Positions 36,585-45,733 of a stretch of DNA of 51,576 nucleotides are shown here, piece after piece; positions within the stretch are counted from its first letter, which is position 1; each line of letters starts with the position of its first letter. The DNA is from an uncultured Lachnospiraceae bacterium (lineage in GTDB: Bacteria; Bacillota; Clostridia; Lachnospirales; Lachnospiraceae): NCBI GenBank assembly GCA_946617225.1, contig CAMOJW010000001.1:1-51576 (forward strand), written 5' to 3'. A program made the position numbers and the translations under genes. The notes under the pieces were generated by a model, which saw only the letters and a program-made list of their open reading frames with translations, was not told where the DNA came from and did not search any database.

Positions 36585-37940
36585 TTACCTCAGTCCCATC
36601 ACCAATATCACAAGTATCAGTACAGGGAGTATAAACTGGAAATAAGGCCGGAGGGCCGGTGACAGCTGCGCGCCTCTGCCCGTGTTGGTCTCGTCGATGT
36701 AATTGTCCCAGCCCCAGCCCAGGCGCGTCGTGCAGAAGAGCACGTAGATCAGCGCACCGCCGGGCAGGAGGATATTGGAGACGATGAAGTCTTCGCTGTC
36801 CAGAATGTCGCGTCCCCCGATCAGATGCAGGTCGGAGAGCACGTTATAACCCAGCAGGCAGGGCATGGAAGCGATCAGCAGGAAGATGCAGAGCAGGATG
36901 GCTGCCTGTCTGCGGGTCCAGTCGAAGCACTCCATGGAGGTGGAGAGGATCATCTCGAACACGGCGATGACAGTGGAGAAACTGGCAAAGGTCATGAAGA
37001 GGAAAAACAGGGTCCCCCACAGACGTCCGCCGGGCATATCCACGAAGATGTTCGGCAGGGTGATGAAGATCAGCGGCGGGCCCGCGGTGGGCTCGATCCC
37101 GAAGGAGAAGCAGGCCGGGAAGATGATCAGGCCGGACATCAGCGCCACGAAGGTGTCGAGGCCGCAGATGCTGAGAGCTTCGCTGCCCAGGGTCTGCTCT
37201 TTGGACATGTAGCTGCCGAAGATCTCCATGGAGCCGATGCCCAGGCTCAGCGTGAAGAAGGCCTGGTTCATGGCGGCGACGATCACTTTGTCGAGGCCCT
37301 GTTCCAGCGCGCGGCCGAAATCGGGCAGCAGGTAGAACTTGACGCCTTCCATGGCGCCCGGGAGAGTCAGGGAACGGACGGCCAGGACGACGATCAGGAG
37401 CAGAAGCCCCGTCATCATGACTTTGGTGACGCGCTCGATGCCTGCCTGCAGACCGAAGCTGCATACGAGAAAACCGGCAATAACGGTGACAGCCATCCAC
37501 ACGGCCATCTCCGCGGGGTTGCCCAGCATGGTGGTGAAAACGCCGGCGACTTCATCGCCCGCGGCGACGCCGTCAAAAGTGCCGGTGAGGAACTTGACGA
37601 AATAGCCCAGCATCCAGCCGGAGACGGTGGTGTAGTACATCATCAGGAGCGTGCAGCCCAGCAGGCAGAGCCAGCCGTGCAGGTGCCACTTCTGCCCCGG
37701 ACGTTCCAGTTTCTTGTAGGATCCGACCGAGCCCATGCGGCTGGCGCGGCCGATGGCCAGTTCCATGGTGAGGACGGGTGCGCCCATGATGACCAGGAAG
37801 AGCAGGTAGAACAGGACAAAAACACCGCCTCCGCCCTGCCCGGTGACATAAGGGAATTTCCAGACATTGCCGATACCGATGGCACAGCCTGCGCTGACCA
37901 GCAGGAAGCCGAGCCGGGATCCGAATCTTTCGCGTTCCAA
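36585..37940 (-). CDS. Sodium-dependent transporter, SNF/NSS family
   Basis: RERFGSRLGF, AGCAIGIGNVWKFPY, GGG.F, QAFFTLSLG and GPPLIFITLP; TTG start 37940 with GGAGGT RBS. Confidence 0.93.
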   Translation of the reverse strand: MERERFGSRLGFLLVSAGCAIGIGNVWKFPYVTGQGGGGVFVLFYLLFLVIMGAPVLTMELAIGRASRMGSVGSYKKLERPGQKWHLHGWLCLLGCTLLMMYYTTVSGWMLGYFVKFLTGTFDGVAAGDEVAGVFTTMLGNPAEMAVWMAVTVIAGFLVCSFGLQAGIERVTKVMMTGLLLLIVVLAVRSLTLPGAMEGVKFYLLPDFGRALEQGLDKVIVAAMNQAFFTLSLGIGSMEIFGSYMSKEQTLGSEALSICGLDTFVALMSGLIIFPACFSFGIEPTAGPPLIFITLPNIFVDMPGGRLWGTLFFLFMTFASFSTVIAVFEMILSTSMECFDWTRRQAAILLCIFLLIASMPCLLGYNVLSDLHLIGGRDILDSEDFIVSNILLPGGALIYVLFCTTRLGWGWDNYIDETNTGRGAQLSPALRPYFQFILPVLILVILVMGLR

Positions 37941-38087
37941 AATAGAGACCTCCGTACAGATTGAAATATGATACAATACCATAGAGTATGTAGAGCAACG
38001 TACCTAGAATACCACAGTTTCAGACAAATTGGGAGTAAAAAACACCCGCATCATCCAGTGACCGTTCAGTGAACCGAGGAGAACCCC

Positions 38088-39116
38088 ATGACTATGATCG
38101 TGACCGGCGGAGCCGGTTTTATCGGAGCGAATTTCATCTACTATATGCGTGAGAATCATCCGCAGGAGCGGGTGGTGTGCGTGGACAAGCTGACCTATGC
38201 GGGCAATCTGTCCACCCTGCGGCCGATCCTGGAGGACCCGGCCGCGTCGGAGACGTTCCGCTTCCTGAGAGCCGACATCTGTGACCGGGCAGCCATGCAG
38301 GCGCTCTTTGAAGAAGAGAAGCCGGACTGTGTGGTGAATTTTGCCGCGGAATCCCATGTGGACAGGTCCATCGAGGATCCGGAGATCTTCCTGAAGACCA
38401 ATATCCTGGGGACTGCCGTGCTGATGGACATGTGCAGGCAGTACGGGAACATCCGGTTCCACCAGGTCTCCACGGACGAAGTCTACGGCGACCTGCCCCT
38501 GGACCGGCCGGACCTGTTCTTTACCGAGGAGACGCCCATCCACACATCCAGTCCCTACAGCACCTCCAAGGCCTCGGCGGACCTGCTGGTCATGGCCTAT
38601 TACCGCACCTACGGCCTCCCCGTGACCATCAGCCGCTGCTCCAACAACTACGGGCCTTACCAGTTCCCGGAGAAGCTGATCCCGCTGATGATCGCCAACG
38701 CGCTGGAGAACAAGCCTCTTCCTGTCTACGGAGAGGGGATCAATGTGCGTGACTGGCTGTACGTCGGGGACCACTGCCGGGCCATCGATCTCGTGCTGCG
38801 CGGCGGCAGGATCGGCGAGGTCTACAATATCGGCGGCCATAACGAGATGCGCAATATCGACATCGTCAGGCTAATCTGCAGGGAACTGGGCAAACCGGAG
38901 AGCCTCATCACCTACGTGACGGACCGCAAGGGCCACGACCAGCGCTACGCCATCGACCCTGCCAAGATCCACAGGGAACTGGGCTGGCTGCCGGAGACCC
39001 GTTTTGCCGACGGTATCGTCAGGACCATCCGCTGGTATCTGGACAACCGGAGCTGGTGGGAGGAGATCGTGTCCGGCGAGTACCGGGAGTATTATCGCAG
39101 GCATTACGGAGAATGA
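38088..39116 (+). CDS. rfbB: dTDP-glucose 4,6-dehydratase
   Basis: TGGAGFIG, DKLTYAGN, FAAESHVDRSI, STDEVYG, YSTSK, SNNYGPYQFPEKLIP and DRKGHDQRYAID. Confidence 0.95.
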   Translation: MTMIVTGGAGFIGANFIYYMRENHPQERVVCVDKLTYAGNLSTLRPILEDPAASETFRFLRADICDRAAMQALFEEEKPDCVVNFAAESHVDRSIEDPEIFLKTNILGTAVLMDMCRQYGNIRFHQVSTDEVYGDLPLDRPDLFFTEETPIHTSSPYSTSKASADLLVMAYYRTYGLPVTISRCSNNYGPYQFPEKLIPLMIANALENKPLPVYGEGINVRDWLYVGDHCRAIDLVLRGGRIGEVYNIGGHNEMRNIDIVRLICRELGKPESLITYVTDRKGHDQRYAIDPAKIHRELGWLPETRFADGIVRTIRWYLDNRSWWEEIVSGEYREYYRRHYGE

Positions 39117-39156
39117 GCAGCGGAAGCCGGCCATGCGCCGGCGGTAAGAAGAGTAC

Positions 39157-40566
39157 ATGAGGACCAGGTCAGACCATCTGCAGCGGCTGCGGGAAGGCGA
39201 GCAGCTGAACACGGCGGAGCTGTGCAGGATGATCGCCGCGCTGAGCATGCCGGCGATCATGGCGCAGATCTCCACCATACTGATGCAGTATATCGATGCC
39301 TCCATGGTAGGGAGACTGGGCGCGGAGGGGAGTGCCTCCATCGGCCTGGTCTCTTCCACCACCTGGCTCTTTGGCGGGATCGCCATGGCGGCCGGCATGG
39401 GTTTCTCCGTGCAGTGCGCACAGAGGATCGGTGCCGGCGATGAAGAGGATGCCAGAAATCTGATGCGTCAGGGCATGCGACTGACGCTTTTTTGTTCTGC
39501 GGGAATGGCCCTGCTGGGCGTTCTCTGCGCCGGAGGCCTGCCGGGGTGGCTCGGGGGAGACCCCGCCATCCGGAGGGACGCGGGAAGGTATTTTCTGATC
39601 TTTGCTCTTTTCTTCCCGGTGGAGCGCATGAATTTCCTGGGCGGGAGCTTTCTGCAGGCCAGCGGCAACATGCTGCTGCCGGGGCTCCTGCACGTGCTGA
39701 TGTGCGTCCTGGACGTGGTCTTCAATGCGTTTCTGATCTTTCCCGGTTTCCAGCTGGGCCCCCTGTTCCTGCCCGGAGCGGGACTGGGCGTGGCCGGTGC
39801 AGCCCTGGGGACAGGGCTCGCAAGACTCTGCAGCATGGTGCTCATGCTGCGGCACCTGTATTTCCGCAGCCCTGTCCTCCATCTGCGGGAGGGAGAGCGG
39901 ATGCACTTCCGCAGGGACCAGATCCGGAAAGCACTGCGGATCGCCCTTCCCGTTGCAGCGGAGAACGTGGTGATGAACACCGCCCAGATCGCCTCCACGC
40001 GGATCGTCGCTCCGCTGGGGACCGTGGCGGTGGCCGCCAATTCTCTTTCCATAACGGCGGAAAGCCTCTGCTACATGCCCGGTTACGGCATAGCCTCAGC
40101 CGCCACGGCGGTGATCGGACAATGTGTGGGCATGGGCAGGGTCAGGACGACCCGCCGCGTCGGGCGTCTCATCACACTGCTGGGTATGGGCGTCATGACG
40201 CTGGCCGGTATCCTCCTGTATCTCGGCGCACCGTGGATGATCGGGATCCTGAGCCCGGACCCGGCGGTCGTGGCCCTGGGGACACGGGTGCTGCGGATCG
40301 AGGCTTTTGCGGAGCCGCTGTTCGGCGCGTCCATCGTTGCGAACGGTGTCCTCCGCGGCGGCGGGGACACACTGGTCCCTGCCTGCATCTGTCTCGGGAC
40401 CATGTGGCTGGTGCGCATCCCTCTTGCGCTCCTCCTGTCTCCCCGCATGGGCCTGGCCGGTATCTGGCTGGCCATGTGCATCGAGCTCTGCCTGCGCGGC
40501 CTGCTCTTCCTCCTGCGCCAGGCGCAGGGGGTCTACATCCGCCCTGCCGGCGGGAGAGAGCGATAG
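39157..40566 (+). CDS. MATE family efflux transporter
   Basis: Two-repeat 12-TM MATE pattern (P..MAQ...YIDA.MVG.LG; GLGVAGAALGT; GVLRGGGDT). Confidence 0.92.
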   Translation: MRTRSDHLQRLREGEQLNTAELCRMIAALSMPAIMAQISTILMQYIDASMVGRLGAEGSASIGLVSSTTWLFGGIAMAAGMGFSVQCAQRIGAGDEEDARNLMRQGMRLTLFCSAGMALLGVLCAGGLPGWLGGDPAIRRDAGRYFLIFALFFPVERMNFLGGSFLQASGNMLLPGLLHVLMCVLDVVFNAFLIFPGFQLGPLFLPGAGLGVAGAALGTGLARLCSMVLMLRHLYFRSPVLHLREGERMHFRRDQIRKALRIALPVAAENVVMNTAQIASTRIVAPLGTVAVAANSLSITAESLCYMPGYGIASAATAVIGQCVGMGRVRTTRRVGRLITLLGMGVMTLAGILLYLGAPWMIGILSPDPAVVALGTRVLRIEAFAEPLFGASIVANGVLRGGGDTLVPACICLGTMWLVRIPLALLLSPRMGLAGIWLAMCIELCLRGLLFLLRQAQGVYIRPAGGRER

Positions 40567-40592
40567 ACCATCCCCCGATATGGTGGTATACT
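40564..40592 (+). promoter_or_regulatory. Sigma-A promoter with extended -10
   Basis: TAGACC (40564-40569), 17-nt spacer, TGn-TATACT (40587-40592); predicted start ~40598-40599. Confidence 0.65.
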
Positions 40593-40598
40593 GTTAAA

Positions 40599-40754
40599 AA
40601 ATCAGCACCCCGGGGAAGGACATGTGCATAACTCGGAAAGCTGGCTTTCCGAGTTATGTGCAGGTCCTTGCCCGGGGCGGACAAGGTGCGAAGCACCTCT
40701 GTCCGGCCACAGTCCCGGAACGCGGAGCGGTCTGGGACATGGGGGTGCTGATTT
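40599..40754 (+). other. Multi-hairpin structured element (ncRNA- or MITE-like)
   Basis: Closing stem AAATCAGCACCCC/GGGGTGCTGATTT encloses three hairpins (40616-40669, 40678-40705, 40712-40738). Confidence 0.6.
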
Positions 40755-40909
40755 ACCGGTATCCCGGGGCGGACAAGGTGCGAAGCACCTCTGTCCGGCC
40801 ACAGTCCCGGAACGCGGAGCGGTCTGGGACATGGGGGTGCTGATTTACCGGTATCCCGGGGCGGACAAGGTGCGAAGCACCTCTGTCCGGCCACAGTCCC
40901 AGAACGCGG
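40671..40909 (+). repeat. 92-bp tandem direct repeat, ~2.6 near-identical copies
   Basis: Units beginning CCCGGGGCGGACAAGGTGCGAAGCACC start at 40671, 40763 and 40855. Confidence 0.95.
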
Positions 40910-40918
40910 TGCCGGTAA

Positions 40919-41269
40919 GTCATTACATAACAAGAAAACTGCCGGATGTAATGACGAATGAAAGTCCCGGAGAGCATGAAAGTAACTACAGAACAAGTTT
41001 TTGGTCTGCTGTAATGACGAATGAAAGTGCCGGAGTGCCCGAAAGTCATTACAGAACAAGATTTTTGCCGGCTGTGATGAAAAATGACCGCACGGCAACG
41101 CAAGAGAGTCATTACAGATTGCGATAACTGCCGGATGTAGTGAAATTGAAGGCTCAGCGATGCCAGTAAGTCATCACAAAACAAAGAATCAGCCTGCTGT
41201 GATGAAAAATTACGGCCTGTCGACATCAGAGCGGCACTACGACAGAAGAAATCAGGCAGACGTAGTGAA
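40919..41269. repeat. Array of 6 inverted-repeat units GTCATTACA-N19-TGTAATGAC (degenerate), period 62-63 bp
   Basis: Left arms at 40919, 40982, 41045, 41108, 41170 and 41233; right arms at 40947, 41010, 41073, 41136, 41198 and 41261. Confidence 0.9.
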
Positions 41270-41321
41270 AAAAGGAAAGAGACAGGGCTAAAATCACCCA
41301 CCGCATGCAGAGGAGAGAAGT

Positions 41322-42782
41322 ATGATGATCCGAAACCATAAAGTGGAGAACAAGAAAATGAAACACAGAGCACTGGCAGCAGCACTGGCCATGCTGGTGG
41401 CGGCGGCTGCGGTCCTTCCGGTCAGCATCCCCGCGGAGGCGGCCATGTACAGGCCGGTGGATACGCCCACGCTGCGGTCGCCCGTACAGCTGCGGGACTA
41501 CCTGCAGACCTGCCTGTCGGAAGGTGTCCGGGACTGCGAATTCCTCTACACCGGTGACCGCCGGGACCTGGAGGGGCAGTACCTCACCCGGATGACCAAT
41601 GCACTGTATTGCTATATCCGGACGGAACAGACCGAGGACGGAGGCGGTGAGGACGATGCCCGCGTCCTGTGCGAGGTGGAGATGGTGCCCCACATGGGGG
41701 AGGCGATCCTGGAAGCCTGGAGGAGCGGTGATCTGTCCGCCCTGTCCGACGAGGAACTGGAGGTCCTGGAACAGGCCCTGGGTATCGTGGATTACCTCCG
41801 CATGGAGGAGGGTCTTGCCCCCTTATATGACGACGACGAGGGCAGCGACCCCGGCGAGGAAGAGACAGAAACGGACGCAGACGGAGAAGACGCAGAAGGA
41901 GAGGACGCAGAAGGAGAGGACGCAGAAGGAGAGGACGCAGAAGGAGAGGACGCAGACGGAGAGGACGCAGAGGACGCAGAGACAGCTGCGGAGGCAGCCG
42001 CCGAAACAGACATCAGTCTCCGGGAGCAGCTGACGGCCATGGCCGTACAGGCGGCAGCTGCGCCTTATGAGGAGACGGGCATCGCCGTCGAGCTCCGGAT
42101 CCACGACTGGCTCTGCGAGACGGTCGAATATGTAAAGGATGTGCCGTCATTCAGTGATGCCGCGGATGCTCCCCCGGAACTGTCCGCTGTCGGAGCACTC
42201 AGGGACGGACGCGCCAACTGCCAGGGCTATGCGGATGCCTTTTATCTCCTGGCGAGCCTGGCCGGTTATGAGGTGAGCTTTCAGTCGGCGGACGACCGCA
42301 GTACCGGTACGGGGCATGTGTTCAATACGATCCGCCTGGGAGATGCCTGGTATGCCGTGGATGTGACCGGTGACGACAACTCCATGAAGGTAGGCGATCA
42401 GATCCTTTCGGACTATCACCTCTTCAATGCGGGCATGGATATCGCAGGCGAGGAATTCTCCTGGCCGGAAGAACTGACTATCCATCCCCTGAAGAACAAG
42501 AGCGACCACCTCTATTACTATTACTGGGATGCCGACACCGGTACAGATGGTTATGAGCGCTGTTTTGACAGTGCCGCCGGGATCGCGGAAGCAGCCGTCA
42601 GCCGGTTCCGCGACGGAGAGGAAGGGACAGGTTATTTCCTTCTGCGCGGCCATGAGGACAAAACGTCCGAACTGGACGCAGCCCTCTCGAAGGCGCTGAA
42701 AGGGGACAAGGAGACCAGAAAATACAGGTATACGACGGTCCTGCGGGGCGGGAACACGTTTTATCGCGTGGTGATAGAATAG
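41322..42782 (+). CDS. Secreted transglutaminase-like (Cys-His-Asp) domain protein with an acidic repeat insert
   Basis: Signal peptide (alternative start 41358), IHDWL, ANCQGYA, GHVFN and WYAVDVT. Confidence 0.8.
   Translation: MMIRNHKVENKKMKHRALAAALAMLVAAAAVLPVSIPAEAAMYRPVDTPTLRSPVQLRDYLQTCLSEGVRDCEFLYTGDRRDLEGQYLTRMTNALYCYIRTEQTEDGGGEDDARVLCEVEMVPHMGEAILEAWRSGDLSALSDEELEVLEQALGIVDYLRMEEGLAPLYDDDEGSDPGEEETETDADGEDAEGEDAEGEDAEGEDAEGEDADGEDAEDAETAAEAAAETDISLREQLTAMAVQAAAAPYEETGIAVELRIHDWLCETVEYVKDVPSFSDAADAPPELSAVGALRDGRANCQGYADAFYLLASLAGYEVSFQSADDRSTGTGHVFNTIRLGDAWYAVDVTGDDNSMKVGDQILSDYHLFNAGMDIAGEEFSWPEELTIHPLKNKSDHLYYYYWDADTGTDGYERCFDSAAGIAEAAVSRFRDGEEGTGYFLLRGHEDKTSELDAALSKALKGDKETRKYRYTTVLRGGNTFYRVVIE
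41874..41980 (+). repeat. 15-bp coding tandem repeat encoding DA(E/D)GE
   Basis: gacgcagaaggagag occurs about 6 times in frame. Confidence 0.9.
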
Positions 42783-42815
42783 CCCACACTGCTTGAAACA
42801 GGAGGAGAACAGTCT

Positions 42816-45137
42816 ATGAAGAGAACCGGATCAGGAAAAACGGTAAAGCGGTCCGCCGCGATGTTCCTTGCTCTGATTCTTGCGCTGACGGTCCTGACCG
42901 GCTGCCGCGGCGGAGAGCCGGGCGGTCCAGGCCAGGGCAGCGGAGGCCAGGGCGGTACAGAGAGCGGTACAGGTAACGGTACGGAGAACGGCACGGAGAC
43001 AGCGGCTGAGCTGGGTGCTGTATGGAACAGCAGGGAGGTCGCCGGCGCGGACATGCTGGAGGGATCCTCCGCGGGCGTCATGGGCATCTGCGTCCATGAC
43101 GGCAGTTACTATGTCTTTGTGACCGATTTCGACAGAGCCGACGCCACCATGGTCTACCGGGTAGGCACGGACGGCACCGTGCAGGAGGAGATCCCCCTGG
43201 AGCTTCCCAAGGACAGCTATCCGGGGTTTTTCTGCATGGACAGCGAGGGCAGTTTCTATTATTCCGTATCAGAATGGACGGATCTGGATAATGCCGAGAC
43301 CTTACTGGTCAAAGCGGACGCCACCGGCGCACAGCTGTGGACAGTACCTGTCAATGAGGATCCCTCTCAGTATTTCAGCGTCTTCGGAGGAGCTGTCCTG
43401 GAGGGGACGGGGCTTGCCGTCCGCACCGATGCGGGGCTGGAGATCTTCAGCACCGAGGACGGTTCCCGCATCCGGACAGTGGACGTGGGTTCCGACGCGG
43501 CGGGCATGGTATGTCAGCTGGAAGACGGCACGATGCTGCTCTCCGGCTGGGACGAGGTCGGAAGCCTCACCGTCAGGGCCGTGGATCCGGCGACCGCTGA
43601 GATCCGGGACTATGCGATGCCCGCGGGCATGGACCGCCTGATGACTGCCGAGACCCTGGAAGCGGGCCCCGACGGGACCGTTCTGTTCCCCGGGGATGGC
43701 GCCCTGTACTGTGCTGATCCCGCAAGCGGGACCATCCACAGGTTCCTGGATTTCCTTGCCTCGGATCTGGATACCACGCAGATCTCTACGCTCGGCGTGA
43801 TGTCCCCGGATCAGCTTCTCTGCGCGGCCTATACCAGTGAGGGCATGCAGGAACTGCTCCTGATGGACAGGGCCGATCCCGACGCCCTGGCGGAAAAAAC
43901 GGTCATCACCCTGGGCTGCGCCTACATGGAGGATTCCGTGCGCAGGCAGATCATCGCTTTCAACCGTTCCAGCGACAAGTACCGGATCGAGGTAAGGGAC
44001 TACTCCGCGGCGATCGGGGAGGACGACAACTACATCGAGACGATGAACAACGAGATCATCACCGGCAATGTGCCCGACATCCTGCTGGTCGGCTTCGGTC
44101 TCCCTATGGACAGCTACATCGCCAAGGGCATCTTTGAGCCGCTGGACAGCTATCTCGAGAAGGACAGCTCTTACCGCGCAGAGGATTATCTGACCAATGT
44201 CCTGGATATCGGCAGAGTGAACGGCAGCCTGTATCTGCTGACACCGTCCTTCTATGTCAATGCCCTGGCGGGCAAGAGATCCGTCCTGGGCGACGTACAC
44301 GGCATCTCCGTGGAGGAGATCCGCCAGTATATGAAACAGTACGACATCTCCGCGGATACTGTTTTCGGTGCCGGCGTGACCCAGGGAGAGTTCCTCCCCG
44401 CCGCTCTGAATGCCAATATCGGTGATTATGTGGACAAGGACACAGGCAAGGCCAATTTCCAGTCGCAGGGATTCATCGACCTGCTGGAGCTCACGACGGA
44501 ACTGCCGGTCGAGAGTGATTTCATGGACGATGAGGATGACGGAGAAGCGGAGACGATGATCCGGGACGGCAGGGCGCTCCTGACCGAGGCGTGGCTCTAC
44601 AACTTCCGCACTTTCTCTGAAATGGAACAGGCTACCGTGGGTGAACCTGTCGCCTACGTGGGCTATCCTTCTGAACAGAAGGCCGGTCCCTCCATCGAGA
44701 ACAACCTGCAGCTCGCCATGAGCGCGTCGTCCGAAAATAAGGAGGCGGCCTGGGAGTTCCTGCGGTCCTTCCTGCAGGAGGACTATCAGGACCGCGTGGA
44801 GTTCGGATTCCCGGTATACAGAAGATCGCTCGACAAGCTGGCCGCAGCCGCGCAGGAGAGACCGTATTACACCGATGAGAACGGCGATAAGCAGTACTAT
44901 GACGACACCTACTATGTGAACGGGCAGGAGATCATCGTCAAGCCCTTCACGCCGGAGCAGACGCAGGAGATCGTGGATTTCCTGAGCAGCCTCACCAACC
45001 GGTCGGAGCTGGATGCCAACATCCTCAATATCGTGACCGAGGAGACGGGGGCATTCTTCAACGGCCAGAAGAGCGCCAAAGATGTCGCCGATACGATCCA
45101 GAGCCGCGTACAGATCTACCTCAACGAGAGCCGGTGA
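42816..45137 (+). CDS. Large extracellular solute-binding lipoprotein with an N-terminal beta-rich extension
   Basis: Lipobox LTGC; C-terminal solute-binding motifs FNR...YRIEVRDY, PDIL, AAWEFLR and IQSRVQIYLNE. Confidence 0.82.
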   Translation: MKRTGSGKTVKRSAAMFLALILALTVLTGCRGGEPGGPGQGSGGQGGTESGTGNGTENGTETAAELGAVWNSREVAGADMLEGSSAGVMGICVHDGSYYVFVTDFDRADATMVYRVGTDGTVQEEIPLELPKDSYPGFFCMDSEGSFYYSVSEWTDLDNAETLLVKADATGAQLWTVPVNEDPSQYFSVFGGAVLEGTGLAVRTDAGLEIFSTEDGSRIRTVDVGSDAAGMVCQLEDGTMLLSGWDEVGSLTVRAVDPATAEIRDYAMPAGMDRLMTAETLEAGPDGTVLFPGDGALYCADPASGTIHRFLDFLASDLDTTQISTLGVMSPDQLLCAAYTSEGMQELLLMDRADPDALAEKTVITLGCAYMEDSVRRQIIAFNRSSDKYRIEVRDYSAAIGEDDNYIETMNNEIITGNVPDILLVGFGLPMDSYIAKGIFEPLDSYLEKDSSYRAEDYLTNVLDIGRVNGSLYLLTPSFYVNALAGKRSVLGDVHGISVEEIRQYMKQYDISADTVFGAGVTQGEFLPAALNANIGDYVDKDTGKANFQSQGFIDLLELTTELPVESDFMDDEDDGEAETMIRDGRALLTEAWLYNFRTFSEMEQATVGEPVAYVGYPSEQKAGPSIENNLQLAMSASSENKEAAWEFLRSFLQEDYQDRVEFGFPVYRRSLDKLAAAAQERPYYTDENGDKQYYDDTYYVNGQEIIVKPFTPEQTQEIVDFLSSLTNRSELDANILNIVTEETGAFFNGQKSAKDVADTIQSRVQIYLNESR

Positions 45138-45733
45138 CAGAAATGGACTATGAACTGACCCGCAAGGACCGCCGTGTCATCTACGACGGAAAGATCCTCA
45201 CCCTGTATGAGGATCTGATGCAGCTTCCCGGTGGACGGGAGGAAAGGTGGGATTTTGTCCACCATAAACACGGCGGAGGAGCATGCACGGTACCCGTCCT
45301 GGAGGACGGGAGGATCCTGCTGGTGAAACAGTACCGGCCCATGGTGGACCGGGAGACGCTGGAACTGCCCGCGGGAGCCAGGGAGGATCCCTCGGAGGAC
45401 GGCAGCATCACCGCGGCCAGGGAACTGCGGGAGGAGACCGGCCGCAGCGCCGGGGTCATGACTTTTCTGGCCAGGATCGACAGCATGCCTGCCTGGTGTG
45501 ACGAGACCACGGATATCTATCTGGCGGAGGAACTCTCCGAACCGGAGGAACAGCTCCTGGATGATGCCGAGGAGATCCGGACCCTGGCTTTCACACTGGA
45601 GGAGCTCCTCCTCCGCATCTTCCGGGGCGAGATCAGGGACGGCAAGACCGTCGCCGGGATCCTGGCCTATGCCGCGCTCCGGCGCGGAATCCACCATCAA
45701 CTATGTCATCACCGACGTGGAGAAGAAACGTAA
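45134..45733 (+). CDS. Nudix hydrolase (ADP-ribose pyrophosphatase NudF-like); C-terminus probably altered by a deletion
   Basis: LVKQYR, LELPAG...AARELREETG Nudix box and I.DGKT; the last ~15 codons read the fucO remnant out of frame. Confidence 0.88.
   Translation: MTEMDYELTRKDRRVIYDGKILTLYEDLMQLPGGREERWDFVHHKHGGGACTVPVLEDGRILLVKQYRPMVDRETLELPAGAREDPSEDGSITAARELREETGRSAGVMTFLARIDSMPAWCDETTDIYLAEELSEPEEQLLDDAEEIRTLAFTLEELLLRIFRGEIRDGKTVAGILAYAALRRGIHHQLCHHRRGEET

Noticed and set aside
40919-41269. CRISPR array interpretation of the 63-bp (and 52-bp) arrays
   Set aside because: The conserved parts are only 6-9 bp inverted arms, spacers are partly similar to each other, and no cas genes are in the window.
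40193-41385. ORFs across the repeat region (40193-41098, 40624-41127, 40753-41385)
   Set aside because: Their translations just mirror the DNA repeats, the 92-bp and one 62-bp period break frame, and there is no protein-family signal.
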